64,000 bases of DNA, from assembly GCA_030584185.1 (NCBI GenBank), contig CP129495.1, positions 1,789,469-1,853,468 of the forward strand, in the 5' to 3' direction. The translations under genes and the position numbers were made by a program. The stretch comes from Acidimicrobiia bacterium (GTDB lineage Bacteria > Actinomycetota > Acidimicrobiia > Spongiisociales > UBA11373). Of this stretch, positions 9,878 to 18,192 are shown piece after piece (position 1 is the stretch's first letter; every line of letters starts with the position of its first letter). Under the pieces are notes generated by a model. That model had not been told where the DNA came from. It did not search any database and saw only the letters and a list, made by a program, of their open reading frames with translations.

Positions 9878-10669
9878 TCATCTCCCCTCGAATCTGGGTG
9901 GTCGCTTCTCCTTGAAGGCGGCGAGGCCCTCCTGGACGTCTTCGGTCTGGCGCAGCGGCTCGGCGATCAGCTGCTCGAATCGGAGGCCGTCGGCCAGGGG
10001 GAGGTGGCGTCCACCGCGCACGGCGGTGAGGACCGCCTCGATGGAGAGCGGGGCGTTGGCGGCGATCCGTTCGGCCACACGAATGGCCTCCGGGAGCAGG
10101 TCCCCGGCGGCGACCACCCGGCTCACCAGCCCGCAACGCAGGGCGGTGGCGGCGTCGATGGGGTCGCCGGTGAGCAGCATCTCCATCGCCACCGCCGCCG
10201 GGATCGCCCTGGGGAGCCGCTGGGTGCCGCCCGCCCCCGGCATCAGGCCCCAGCGCACCTCGGGGAGCCCGAAGGTGGCGTTCTCCGCGGCGAGGCGCAG
10301 ATCGCAGGCCAGCGCCATCTCCAGCCCTCCGGCGAGGCAGGCGCCGTTCACGGCGGCGATGATCGGCTTGGCCACCTCAAGGTTGCGGGTGATGCCGCCC
10401 AACCCCGGTTCGGTCTCGGCGTGGCGCCGCCGCTCCATCGGGGTCATCGAGCGGTACCAGTCGCCAACGTGCTTGAGGTCGGCTCCGGCGCAGAAGGCGC
10501 GGTCCCCGGCGCCGGTGAGGACTGCCACCCGCAGGGCGGGATCGGCGGCGAAGCGGCGCCACGCCTCGACGAGATGCCACCCGGTCTCCGGGTCGATGGC
10601 GTTGCGCGCCTCCGGCCGGTCGATGGTGATCACCAGCACGGCATCGTGCCGATCCTCCCTGATGCTCAT
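9878..10669 (-). CDS. enoyl-CoA hydratase/isomerase
   Basis: ATG 'MSIREDRHDAVLVITIDRP' at 10669 overlaps the upstream stop; 'FCAGADL', 'AAVNGACLAGGLEMALACD'. Confidence 0.85.
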   Translation of the reverse strand: MSIREDRHDAVLVITIDRPEARNAIDPETGWHLVEAWRRFAADPALRVAVLTGAGDRAFCAGADLKHVGDWYRSMTPMERRRHAETEPGLGGITRNLEVAKPIIAAVNGACLAGGLEMALACDLRLAAENATFGLPEVRWGLMPGAGGTQRLPRAIPAAVAMEMLLTGDPIDAATALRCGLVSRVVAAGDLLPEAIRVAERIAANAPLSIEAVLTAVRGGRHLPLADGLRFEQLIAEPLRQTEDVQEGLAAFKEKRPPRFEGR

Positions 10670-11076
10670 GGTGTCGCCTCCGTTGGCTCGAATCCGTCGA
10701 TGTCGGTGATGCTGCCGCGGCGTTCGGCGGCGAAGCGGGGGCGAAGGCGGGCGCTGTGACGCCACGACGAGGGTTCGCCGAGCAGGCGGTGAAGCATGTC
10801 GGTTCCGGCACCGTCGAGCCGGATCAGGCCGAAACCGCCGCGCACCGGATCGAAGGTGCGGGCGACGAGCACGCCTTCCGGCCCGACCGGAACCAGGTCG
10901 CCGGTGCGTTCGCCGCACCGCGGGCAGAAAGAACGAGCCGGTGTGACCACGAGGTCGCAGCCGGGGCACCGCGCACCCAGGATCTCGGCACGATCCTGCA
11001 GTGCGGCCAGGAACGCCGATGTCGCCGGGCCTGCGGCGTAGGTGAAGGTCAGGTGGATCGACCCTTCGTGGATCAT
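10666..11076 (-). CDS. DUF35 OB-fold/Zn-ribbon acyl-CoA-associated protein
   Basis: Zn ribbon 'CPGCD...CPRCG' plus OB-fold; ATGA coupling at both ends. Confidence 0.7.
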   Translation of the reverse strand: MIHEGSIHLTFTYAAGPATSAFLAALQDRAEILGARCPGCDLVVTPARSFCPRCGERTGDLVPVGPEGVLVARTFDPVRGGFGLIRLDGAGTDMLHRLLGEPSSWRHSARLRPRFAAERRGSITDIDGFEPTEATP

Positions 11077-11519
11077 CGGATCACCTCGAAGTGGAGTATG
11101 TCGTCCATCGCCCCTCGCCGCTCGGGCCGCCACACCGCCTGCACCCTGTCGCCGATCCGCGGCTCGACACCGTCCGGCAGCTGGAGGTAGTGGTTGAGGG
11201 TGGTGTCGGCGCCGTCGAGCCGGATCAGCCCCATGCCGTAGGGTGAGGGGCGCATCTCGCCGGATCGCCCGTCGCGGATGGGCAGGTGAACCAGGGTCCA
11301 CGCCTCCAGGACGCCCCGGTCCGTCACCGGCACCCACTCCGTGATCGCCAGCCGGCATCGCCCGCAGAACGGGCGCGGCGGCAGGTAGCGCCTCCCACAG
11401 CCGGTGCAGCGCCCCGCCTCCAGGCGGCCCTCGGCCACACCTTCGAGGAACCGCCGCATGGGTGCGGAGGCGGCGTAGCGCCAGGTGAGGTCCATCTCGG
11501 CCGAGACCGACCCGGTCAT
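11073..11519 (-). CDS. DUF35 OB-fold/Zn-ribbon acyl-CoA-associated protein
   Basis: 'CTGCGRRYLPPRPFCGRC' rubredoxin-like Zn ribbon; ATGA coupling. Confidence 0.7.
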   Translation of the reverse strand: MTGSVSAEMDLTWRYAASAPMRRFLEGVAEGRLEAGRCTGCGRRYLPPRPFCGRCRLAITEWVPVTDRGVLEAWTLVHLPIRDGRSGEMRPSPYGMGLIRLDGADTTLNHYLQLPDGVEPRIGDRVQAVWRPERRGAMDDILHFEVIR

Positions 11520-12673
11520 GGCTCCTCCGATCTCATCACGATCACATCGCTCCAGGCGTACACCCCGTACCCGGTGGCGAGGGCGGTGGCCGCCCCGGGA
11601 ACCTGATGCTCTCCGGCGCGGCCCATCAGCTGCGCCGCCGCCTCGGCGACCCGGATCACCCCGGAGGCGCCGACCGGATTGGTGGAGAGCACCCCGCCTG
11701 ACGGGTTCACCGGAAGCGTGCCCTCCATCGAGGTGATGCCCTCGTCGATGAGCCTTCCCGCTTCGCCCTCCGGGCAGAAGCCGAGGGCCTCGTACCACGC
11801 CAGCTCGGCGTAGGTGACCGGCTCGTAGATCTCGGCCACATCGATGTCGGACAGGGGATCGCCGATGGCGGCCTTGGAGTACGCCTCGGCGGCGGCGGAG
11901 CGCAGCGCCTCCATGGTGGCCATGCGACGGTCCAGGTCGCCCAGGTAGGGCTGGTCGTGGCGGGTCGAGGCGGCGTGTACCCAGGCGGCAGGGGTGGCCA
12001 TGTCGCGGGTGGCGCCGGCCGAGGCGACGACGATGGCGGCGGCGCCGTCCGACTGCGGGCACATGTCGAGCATCCGCAGCGGGTGGGCCAGCATGCGCGA
12101 CTCGAGGACCTGCTCCACGGTGAGATCGGGCATCTGCAGGTGGGCGTGGGGGTTGCGGGCGGCGTTGTGGCGCGCCTTCACCGCCACCTGGGCCGCCTGG
12201 CGTTCGGTGACGCCCCGCGCCGCCATGTACTGCGATATGGAGAGGGCGAAGTTGCCCACGGCACCCGACGCCACGGCCCGGTCCCAGAACGGGTCGGTCA
12301 GAGCCATTCCGGTTTGGGTGTGACCTTCGGAGTGTTTCTCGAATCCGACCACCAGCACCAGGTCGAAGGCACCCGAGCCCGCCTGGTGGAACCCGGCGAT
12401 GCAGGCGCTGGTGCCCGAGGTGCCGCCGGTGGCGACCTTGAGGCAGGGCCTGCCCGTGGCGTATGCCGCCTCGCCCACCCACAGCTCGGGATGGAGCCTT
12501 CCCTCGAACAGCTCCATGTTGGAGATGATCACGGCGTCGAGGTCGTCGGGTCGCAGCCCGGCATCGGTGAGGGCGGCGGAGGCGGCCTCTCGCACCAGGT
12601 CGGCCTGCGAGGCGTCGTCGCGGGCGCGGGTGTGCCGGGTCTGACCGGTGCCGATCACCGCCACCGGGTTCAT
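11516..12673 (-). CDS. thiolase (SCP-x/lipid-transfer-protein-type, Ltp-like)
   Basis: thiolase fold, C-terminal 'NPSGG...GASG'; ATG at 12673 overlaps the upstream stop. Confidence 0.75.
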   Translation of the reverse strand: MNPVAVIGTGQTRHTRARDDASQADLVREAASAALTDAGLRPDDLDAVIISNMELFEGRLHPELWVGEAAYATGRPCLKVATGGTSGTSACIAGFHQAGSGAFDLVLVVGFEKHSEGHTQTGMALTDPFWDRAVASGAVGNFALSISQYMAARGVTERQAAQVAVKARHNAARNPHAHLQMPDLTVEQVLESRMLAHPLRMLDMCPQSDGAAAIVVASAGATRDMATPAAWVHAASTRHDQPYLGDLDRRMATMEALRSAAAEAYSKAAIGDPLSDIDVAEIYEPVTYAELAWYEALGFCPEGEAGRLIDEGITSMEGTLPVNPSGGVLSTNPVGASGVIRVAEAAAQLMGRAGEHQVPGAATALATGYGVYAWSDVIVMRSEEP

Positions 12674-13707
12674 CGTCCCTCCACCACTGCCACCGCCTGG
12701 CCCTGGCCCGCCGGCCCCCAGGTCCCGTGGGCCAGGGCCCGTGTATTGGCTCTTCCACCGACAGCTCGTGCCGCCGCCAGCAGCCGGGAGAGCCCGGCAA
12801 CCAGAGGCATCGCCCCGGCGAAGAGCCCGCCGCCGGGCACGAGGGAAGTTCCGGGGCCGACTCCGGTGGCGGCGACGAAGAGGTCCTCCTCGTGCGGGAA
12901 CCGGCATGAGGGGGCGACCAGGGCGATGGCGGTGGCGGGGTCGTCGACTCCGGCCTGGCGGTAGGCGCGTTCGCAGGCGCGGGCCAGTCCGTCCCAGCGC
13001 ACCAACGACCTGTCGGGGTGGTGGGCGGCGAGGTCGTGCCCGACCCCGGTGATCACCGGAGTCGCGTCGTCGGCCGCCCCGTCGAGGATGACGGCGCACG
13101 CTCCGTCGGCGAGGGGTGCCCCGATGGCGGCGGTGATCGGTTCGGCCAGGGGCTCGGCCTCCAGGATCGCCGCCGGGGATCTGCGCACTCCTGCAGTGGC
13201 GAATCTGCGGGCGGCGACGCCGGCCCAGCGGCGCATGGCTGCCTCGGGGTCGTCGCCGGCCACGAGGTCGGCCTGGAGCCCGGAGACGATGGCGAAGTCG
13301 ACACCGAGCGGCTGCAGCAGGATCGGGTCCATCGCCCACGGCGTGAGGTCGCGGTGCGGCGCCATCGACGGCTTGCAGTGGGCCACCACCAACACTCGCC
13401 GGTAGGCGCCGGAACGGATCTGGTGCACGGCGTGAATGGCCGCAGCCAGGCCGTCTGCGGCGATCCGGGTCTCCGGGGCCATGACCCCGCCCACAACTTC
13501 GGTGACGGCGATGTTCGATGCGGTGAGGCCGTCGTAGAGATCGGCGGAGGCGGTGACGGTGGCGTCGAGGTCGTCCCATCCGCAGCCGGCATCGTCGAGG
13601 GCGCCGAGCACCGCCTCGAGGACCATCTCCGGGATGGAGCGGGGGTCCTCGACGACCGGGCCCACCTCGTGACCGCCGAGGACGCCCACCGGTGCTGCCT
13701 GGGGCAT
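12670..13707 (-). CDS. thiolase-like protein (Ltp2-like partner subunit)
   Basis: thiolase-like fold, first gene of a coupled nine-gene operon. Confidence 0.6.
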   Translation of the reverse strand: MPQAAPVGVLGGHEVGPVVEDPRSIPEMVLEAVLGALDDAGCGWDDLDATVTASADLYDGLTASNIAVTEVVGGVMAPETRIAADGLAAAIHAVHQIRSGAYRRVLVVAHCKPSMAPHRDLTPWAMDPILLQPLGVDFAIVSGLQADLVAGDDPEAAMRRWAGVAARRFATAGVRRSPAAILEAEPLAEPITAAIGAPLADGACAVILDGAADDATPVITGVGHDLAAHHPDRSLVRWDGLARACERAYRQAGVDDPATAIALVAPSCRFPHEEDLFVAATGVGPGTSLVPGGGLFAGAMPLVAGLSRLLAAARAVGGRANTRALAHGTWGPAGQGQAVAVVEGR

Positions 13708-13785
13708 GGGGGAAGGATAGCGTTTGGTGATGAACGGCGCTCAGTAGATGAGTGACGTTCAGTATGTGAGAGACGGGGAATGGAG

Positions 13786-13826
13786 GGTGTGGCGCGTCTC
13801 CTCCCCCGCAGGGGGAGGAGACGCGC
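13786..13826. repeat. perfect 17-bp-stem palindrome GGCGCGTCTCCTCCCCC-GCA-GGGGGAGGAGACGCGCC in the bioY/thiolase intergenic region
   Basis: read directly; a second imperfect hairpin follows at about 13880-13910. Confidence 0.7.
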
Positions 13827-13989
13827 CACGTGACAGAGGTTTCGTAGGGTCTGCCCCCTCCCGGCTTCGCCGTGCTTTCCCTGCGGGGGGGAGGAAAGCC
13901 CGACTCGAACGCACAGGGTGCGACAAGGTGTGTGACGCGTCCCCGCCCCCGACCCGGAGGAGATGGTCGCTGCTCGCTACCCTCGGACC

Positions 13990-14568
13990 ATGACCACCGC
14001 ACCAGGCGTCATCGCCGTCCGCATCATTCCCAGGACCCAGATCGCCACCGCCGTCGTCGGGTTCGCTCTGCTCACCGCGGCCGCAGCCCAGGTGACCTTC
14101 CCCCTGTGGTTCACGCCGGTCCCGATCACGGGGCAGACCTTCGTGGTCCTGCTCGCCGGGGCCACCCTCGGGGTGCGCGCCGGCGCCGCCTCCCAGGGGC
14201 TGTATGTGATGCTGGGCGCAATCGGACTTCCGTTCTACGCCGGCGGAGAGGGTGGTTGGTCGGCGGCGACCGGTGCCACCGGCGGGTATCTGGTCGGTTT
14301 CGTCATGGCGGCGGCGCTCGTCGGGGCGCTCGCCGAGAGGGGCCACGACCGCAACCCGCTGACCGCCATTCCCGCCTTCCTCGCCGGGACGGCCGTGATC
14401 TACCTGGTCGGTGTCGCCTGGCTGGCCCGCGTTCTCCAGGTCGGCGCCACCGAGGCCATGGAGCTGGGCATGGTGCCGTTCGTCCTGGGCGATCTGGTCA
14501 AGGTGGCGCTGGCCGGGCTGGCCCTTCCGGCGGTGTGGCGGATGGTGGGGGAGATCCCGAAGGGTTGA
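13990..14568 (+). CDS. bioY: biotin transporter BioY (ECF S component)
   Basis: 'FPLWFTPVPITGQTFVVLLAG' BioY signature, about 5 TM helices. Confidence 0.85.
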   Translation: MTTAPGVIAVRIIPRTQIATAVVGFALLTAAAAQVTFPLWFTPVPITGQTFVVLLAGATLGVRAGAASQGLYVMLGAIGLPFYAGGEGGWSAATGATGGYLVGFVMAAALVGALAERGHDRNPLTAIPAFLAGTAVIYLVGVAWLARVLQVGATEAMELGMVPFVLGDLVKVALAGLALPAVWRMVGEIPKG

Positions 14569-14583
14569 CGGGCCGGGTGCCGC

Positions 14584-15399
14584 CTACTTGGCGGTGAACG
14601 CCCGTGCCATCGCCCCCGCGCCGAAGCCCGTCGGATCCTGCCCGACGGCGTAGCGGTACAGGGCGGTCTGGAAGATCCCGTTGAGGGTGGCCATCACCAG
14701 GCTCACCAGCAGGATCCAACCGATCCCGACGAGCATCAGGATCACCAGGATCGCCCCGCCGGCGGCGACCCCGATGGCGATGGCTGCGGCTGCGGGCAGG
14801 GCGGCGAGGAACCCGAGAAGTCCGAACCCCACCTGGGCGGCCACGTTCTCGCCCCAGGTGCGCTTGAACATCGCCCCGGAGCGGCGGACAGCCTCGCCGA
14901 CACCGACGTCCTCGACGACCAGGACCGGGATCACCAGGAAGGTGACCAGCGCCCAGGCGACTCCGGCGATGGCCGACACCACCTTGCCGAGCATCCCGGC
15001 TCTCTCCTCGATGGCACGCAGGATCAGCGACACCGTGGCGGAGACGATCGCCCAGGGAAGGATGCGGTGCACACGCCCGACCGCCCCCCGTAACGCCGAA
15101 CCGAGGGTCGGGTCGCCTCCGGACATCCGTTCGTGGGCCGCATGGACCAGGGCTGCGTTGAAGAAGATGGTGATGAAGGCCAGTGCCAGGTACATGACGC
15201 CGAGCAGCACGTAGTCGGGTGTGCCCAGGGTGCACTCGGCTTCCAGGTCGCAGCCCGACAGCACGGGGACCAGGAAGGTTGCCGCCACCGCCAGCGTCGC
15301 CAGTAGCGACATCGCCGGCAGCAGGAGCAGCTCCTTGTCCGACTTGAGCACCCGCCAGGATGCGCCCGCCAGTTCGATCGTGTTGGAGATGCGGCTCAT
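14584..15399 (-). CDS. hypothetical polytopic membrane protein
   Basis: ATG at 15399; the rest of the 808-aa track ORF is GC-shadow of opposite-strand genes. Confidence 0.55.
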   Translation of the reverse strand: MSRISNTIELAGASWRVLKSDKELLLLPAMSLLATLAVAATFLVPVLSGCDLEAECTLGTPDYVLLGVMYLALAFITIFFNAALVHAAHERMSGGDPTLGSALRGAVGRVHRILPWAIVSATVSLILRAIEERAGMLGKVVSAIAGVAWALVTFLVIPVLVVEDVGVGEAVRRSGAMFKRTWGENVAAQVGFGLLGFLAALPAAAAIAIGVAAGGAILVILMLVGIGWILLVSLVMATLNGIFQTALYRYAVGQDPTGFGAGAMARAFTAK

Positions 15400-15441
15400 G
15401 ATGACGACTGTACCCGGGACCTCGTTACGATCCCTGGAGCC

Positions 15442-16524
15442 TTGATCGATCCCGTGGAACCCGTCGAACCGGTGGAAGTCGCCACCCGCCGCCTCCCCCG
15501 GTGGCCCTGGGTGATGCTTGCCTCTTTCCTGCTCACCGGGCTCGCCGTGTTCCTTCTCTGGCCGGTGAAACTGCCCTATTACGCCATGTCCCCTGGGCCG
15601 GTGGAGGACGTGGCCGATCTGATCACCGTGACCGACGCCGCGGTGTACGAATCGGAGGGCACCATCTACCTGCTCACCGTCGGCCTGCGCGAGGTGAACG
15701 CCTTCGAGTGGTTCGAGGCAAAATTCATCGACGACCGGGTCGACCTCCTGGATCGCGACGTGGTCCGGCCGCCCGGCGTGTCGCAGGAGCAGGTGACCCG
15801 CACCAACCTGGAGGCGATGAACGAGTCGATCGACACCGCCGTGTACGTGGCTTTGAGCCGGCTCGGGTACGAGGTGGGCTTCTCCGGTGACGGCGTGGAG
15901 GTGCTCCAGGTCGTGGAGGGGGCGCCTGCCGACGGCGTGATCGAGGTCGGGGACCGCTTCCAGGTGGTCGCCGGCCAGAACGTCTCCACGGCGGAGGAGG
16001 CCGCGGCGCTGATCCGCACCTATGCGATCGGCGACACCATCTCCCTCACCGGCACCCGGGGCGACCAGCCTCTCACCGTGTCGGTGACGCTCGGCGCTCA
16101 TCCCGACATCGAGGGGGCTCCCCTGGTGGGGGTGGTGTTCGACACCGTCGGCCTCGAACTCGTGCTGCCGGTGGACGTCGAGGTCGACTCTCGCAACATC
16201 GGCGGTCCCTCGGCCGGCATGACCTACGCCTTGACGATCATCGACCTGCTCACCCCGGGAGACCTCACCGGTGGCCACGTCATCGCCGGCACCGGCACGA
16301 TTCGTTTCGACGAGACCGTGGGTGCGATCGGCGGGGTGCGCCAGAAGGTGTTCGCCGCCCGGGCCGTCGGCGCCGAGGTGGTGTTCGTCCCCACCGCCAA
16401 CTACGAGGATGCTCTCACCGCAGAGGGTGACGGCATCGAAATCGTCCCCGTGGAGACCCTTCAGGACGCCCTCGACTACCTGGCGCTGTTGGAACCGGCC
16501 ACGGTCGAGGCCGCATCGGGCTGA
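15442..16524 (+). CDS. PDZ domain / Lon-type S16 peptidase domain protein (YlbL-like)
   Basis: TM anchor, PDZ, C-terminal Lon protease S/K dyad region 'GPSAGMTYALTI'. Confidence 0.75.
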   Translation: MIDPVEPVEPVEVATRRLPRWPWVMLASFLLTGLAVFLLWPVKLPYYAMSPGPVEDVADLITVTDAAVYESEGTIYLLTVGLREVNAFEWFEAKFIDDRVDLLDRDVVRPPGVSQEQVTRTNLEAMNESIDTAVYVALSRLGYEVGFSGDGVEVLQVVEGAPADGVIEVGDRFQVVAGQNVSTAEEAAALIRTYAIGDTISLTGTRGDQPLTVSVTLGAHPDIEGAPLVGVVFDTVGLELVLPVDVEVDSRNIGGPSAGMTYALTIIDLLTPGDLTGGHVIAGTGTIRFDETVGAIGGVRQKVFAARAVGAEVVFVPTANYEDALTAEGDGIEIVPVETLQDALDYLALLEPATVEAASG

Positions 16525-16547
16525 GATCCCCGACTTCCCCGGGTATC

Positions 16548-18146
16548 GTGCCGGGGATGGGCGACGACGACCTCGGACCCGAGGGTTTCGGGACACGCGG
16601 CATTCCCTCCGCCAGGCGTGGATACGACAAGCGCGTCGTCGACACCCTGGTGTCGGAAGCGGTGGAACGCTGGGGTGAGTTGAAGCGCCTCTACGACGAG
16701 CTGCGTCAGGCGGTGGATGCGTCCGGCGGGCTGGAGAACCTGCAGCGGGACGTCTCGGCGGTCGGCGAGGAGGTGAACCGCATCCTCGAGGCTGCCCGCG
16801 ATGCCGGCGAGGGGATGCGGCTCCGGGCTCTCGCCGACTCGGAACAGCTCGGTCACGAGGCGACCGCCGCCGCCGCCGAGATGATCGCCGAGGCCGAGGC
16901 ACAGGCCTTCGAACTGCGCCGCGAAGCCTGGGAGACCGGCACGGAGCTGCTCGACCTGGTGAGGCAGCTGGCCGGTGAGATCCTTGCGGAGGCCGCCGAC
17001 GAGGCCGCATTGATACGCGCCGAGGCCGAGAAGGAGGCGCACCGTCGCCTCGCCCTGGCCCGCAAGGAGCAGGACGAGATGATTCGCTCGACGCGTTTCG
17101 AGATCGATCGTCATGTGGCGCAGGCCCGCGACCTCGCCGCCGAGATGCTCTCTGGCGAGTCGACCGAGGAGACCATGCTGTCGGCGGAGACGTCGTCGGA
17201 GGAGCGTCGGCGCCGGCTCATGTCCGAGATCGATCGGCTGCGGGCGGCGAAGGGGATCGAGGGCGTGAAGGTGCTCTCGGCCACACCGCCGCCCGAAGAC
17301 GACGAGATCCTGTTTGGGGAGCTCGACCCGCAGGCTCCGGGCCTGAGCGAGGCGCTCGCCGCCGAGGTGGAGCGCCTCTCGGGAGAGCGGCCCGACACAC
17401 GCCCCGTGTCGCCCCCATCGCCCTCCGGGCCGGCGGCGAGACCGGCTCCAGCCACTGGCGACGACCTGGGGACGCTCTTCGAGGCGTTGCGAACCCCGGT
17501 TCAGGGGTCGCTGCAGATGGACGAGCCCAGCGACGCCGTGAGCCTGCGGGAGCGCGTGCTGTTGCCGCTGCACAACGTGGGGGTGAGGGAGATCAAGCGG
17601 CGCGTGGTCGACCTGCAGAACGCCGCCCTGGCCGGACTGCGCCAGGGATCCTGGGTTCCGGACCCCGCCGAGTTCGCCGACGACCTGCACCCCGCCCTGG
17701 AGCCGGCGATCACCAAGGCTGCTGCCGCCGGGCTCGACGCCGCCCGGGTCCTGGCCGGTGTCGAGGGCGCCCGGCCCGGTAGGCCTCGTCGGGCGCACGA
17801 CCTGGTGGTGGCGATGACCCAGGAGCTGGCCTCGCAGCTGCGGGCCGGAATCGCCGGAAACGGCGGCGACCCGTCGTCGCAGGTGAGCCGTGTCTTCCGG
17901 GCCTGGCGGACCGACGAGGCCGAGCGATGGGTGCGCGCCGTCGTCGATGCCGCCTATCACGATCAGCTGCTCGAGGCCCTCGCCGGTGCCGGATTCACCT
18001 CGGTTCGGGCGGTGGCGCCCGGCGCCACCTGCACCGAGTGCCCGGCGGCGGGGGAGATCACCTGGGACCCTGCGGGTGCACCGCCGGACGGTTACCGTCT
18101 CCCCCCGGCACACCCCGGATGCACCTGCACGATCACACCCGCCTGA
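16548..18146 (+). CDS. DivIVA-domain coiled-coil protein
   Basis: N-terminus 'GFGTRGIPSARRGYDKRVVDTLVSEAVERW' DivIVA-like; long coiled coil; C-terminal Cys cluster. Confidence 0.55.
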   Translation: MPGMGDDDLGPEGFGTRGIPSARRGYDKRVVDTLVSEAVERWGELKRLYDELRQAVDASGGLENLQRDVSAVGEEVNRILEAARDAGEGMRLRALADSEQLGHEATAAAAEMIAEAEAQAFELRREAWETGTELLDLVRQLAGEILAEAADEAALIRAEAEKEAHRRLALARKEQDEMIRSTRFEIDRHVAQARDLAAEMLSGESTEETMLSAETSSEERRRRLMSEIDRLRAAKGIEGVKVLSATPPPEDDEILFGELDPQAPGLSEALAAEVERLSGERPDTRPVSPPSPSGPAARPAPATGDDLGTLFEALRTPVQGSLQMDEPSDAVSLRERVLLPLHNVGVREIKRRVVDLQNAALAGLRQGSWVPDPAEFADDLHPALEPAITKAAAAGLDAARVLAGVEGARPGRPRRAHDLVVAMTQELASQLRAGIAGNGGDPSSQVSRVFRAWRTDEAERWVRAVVDAAYHDQLLEALAGAGFTSVRAVAPGATCTECPAAGEITWDPAGAPPDGYRLPPAHPGCTCTITPA

Positions 18147-18192
18147 CCCACCCCGCATCCGCTCTCGCCCACCCCCTTATGATGGGGCGCCA

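Noticed and set aside
11516-14002. 828-aa ORF on the minus strand
   Set aside because: Only the C-terminal 385 aa (from ATG at 12673) is a thiolase. The rest is a GC-rich read-through across upstream genes, Pro/Arg/Gly-rich with no domains.
14584-17010. 808-aa minus-strand ORF overlapping the PDZ-Lon and DivIVA genes
   Set aside because: It is a high-GC shadow ORF. The real gene is the C-terminal 271-aa membrane protein (14584-15399).
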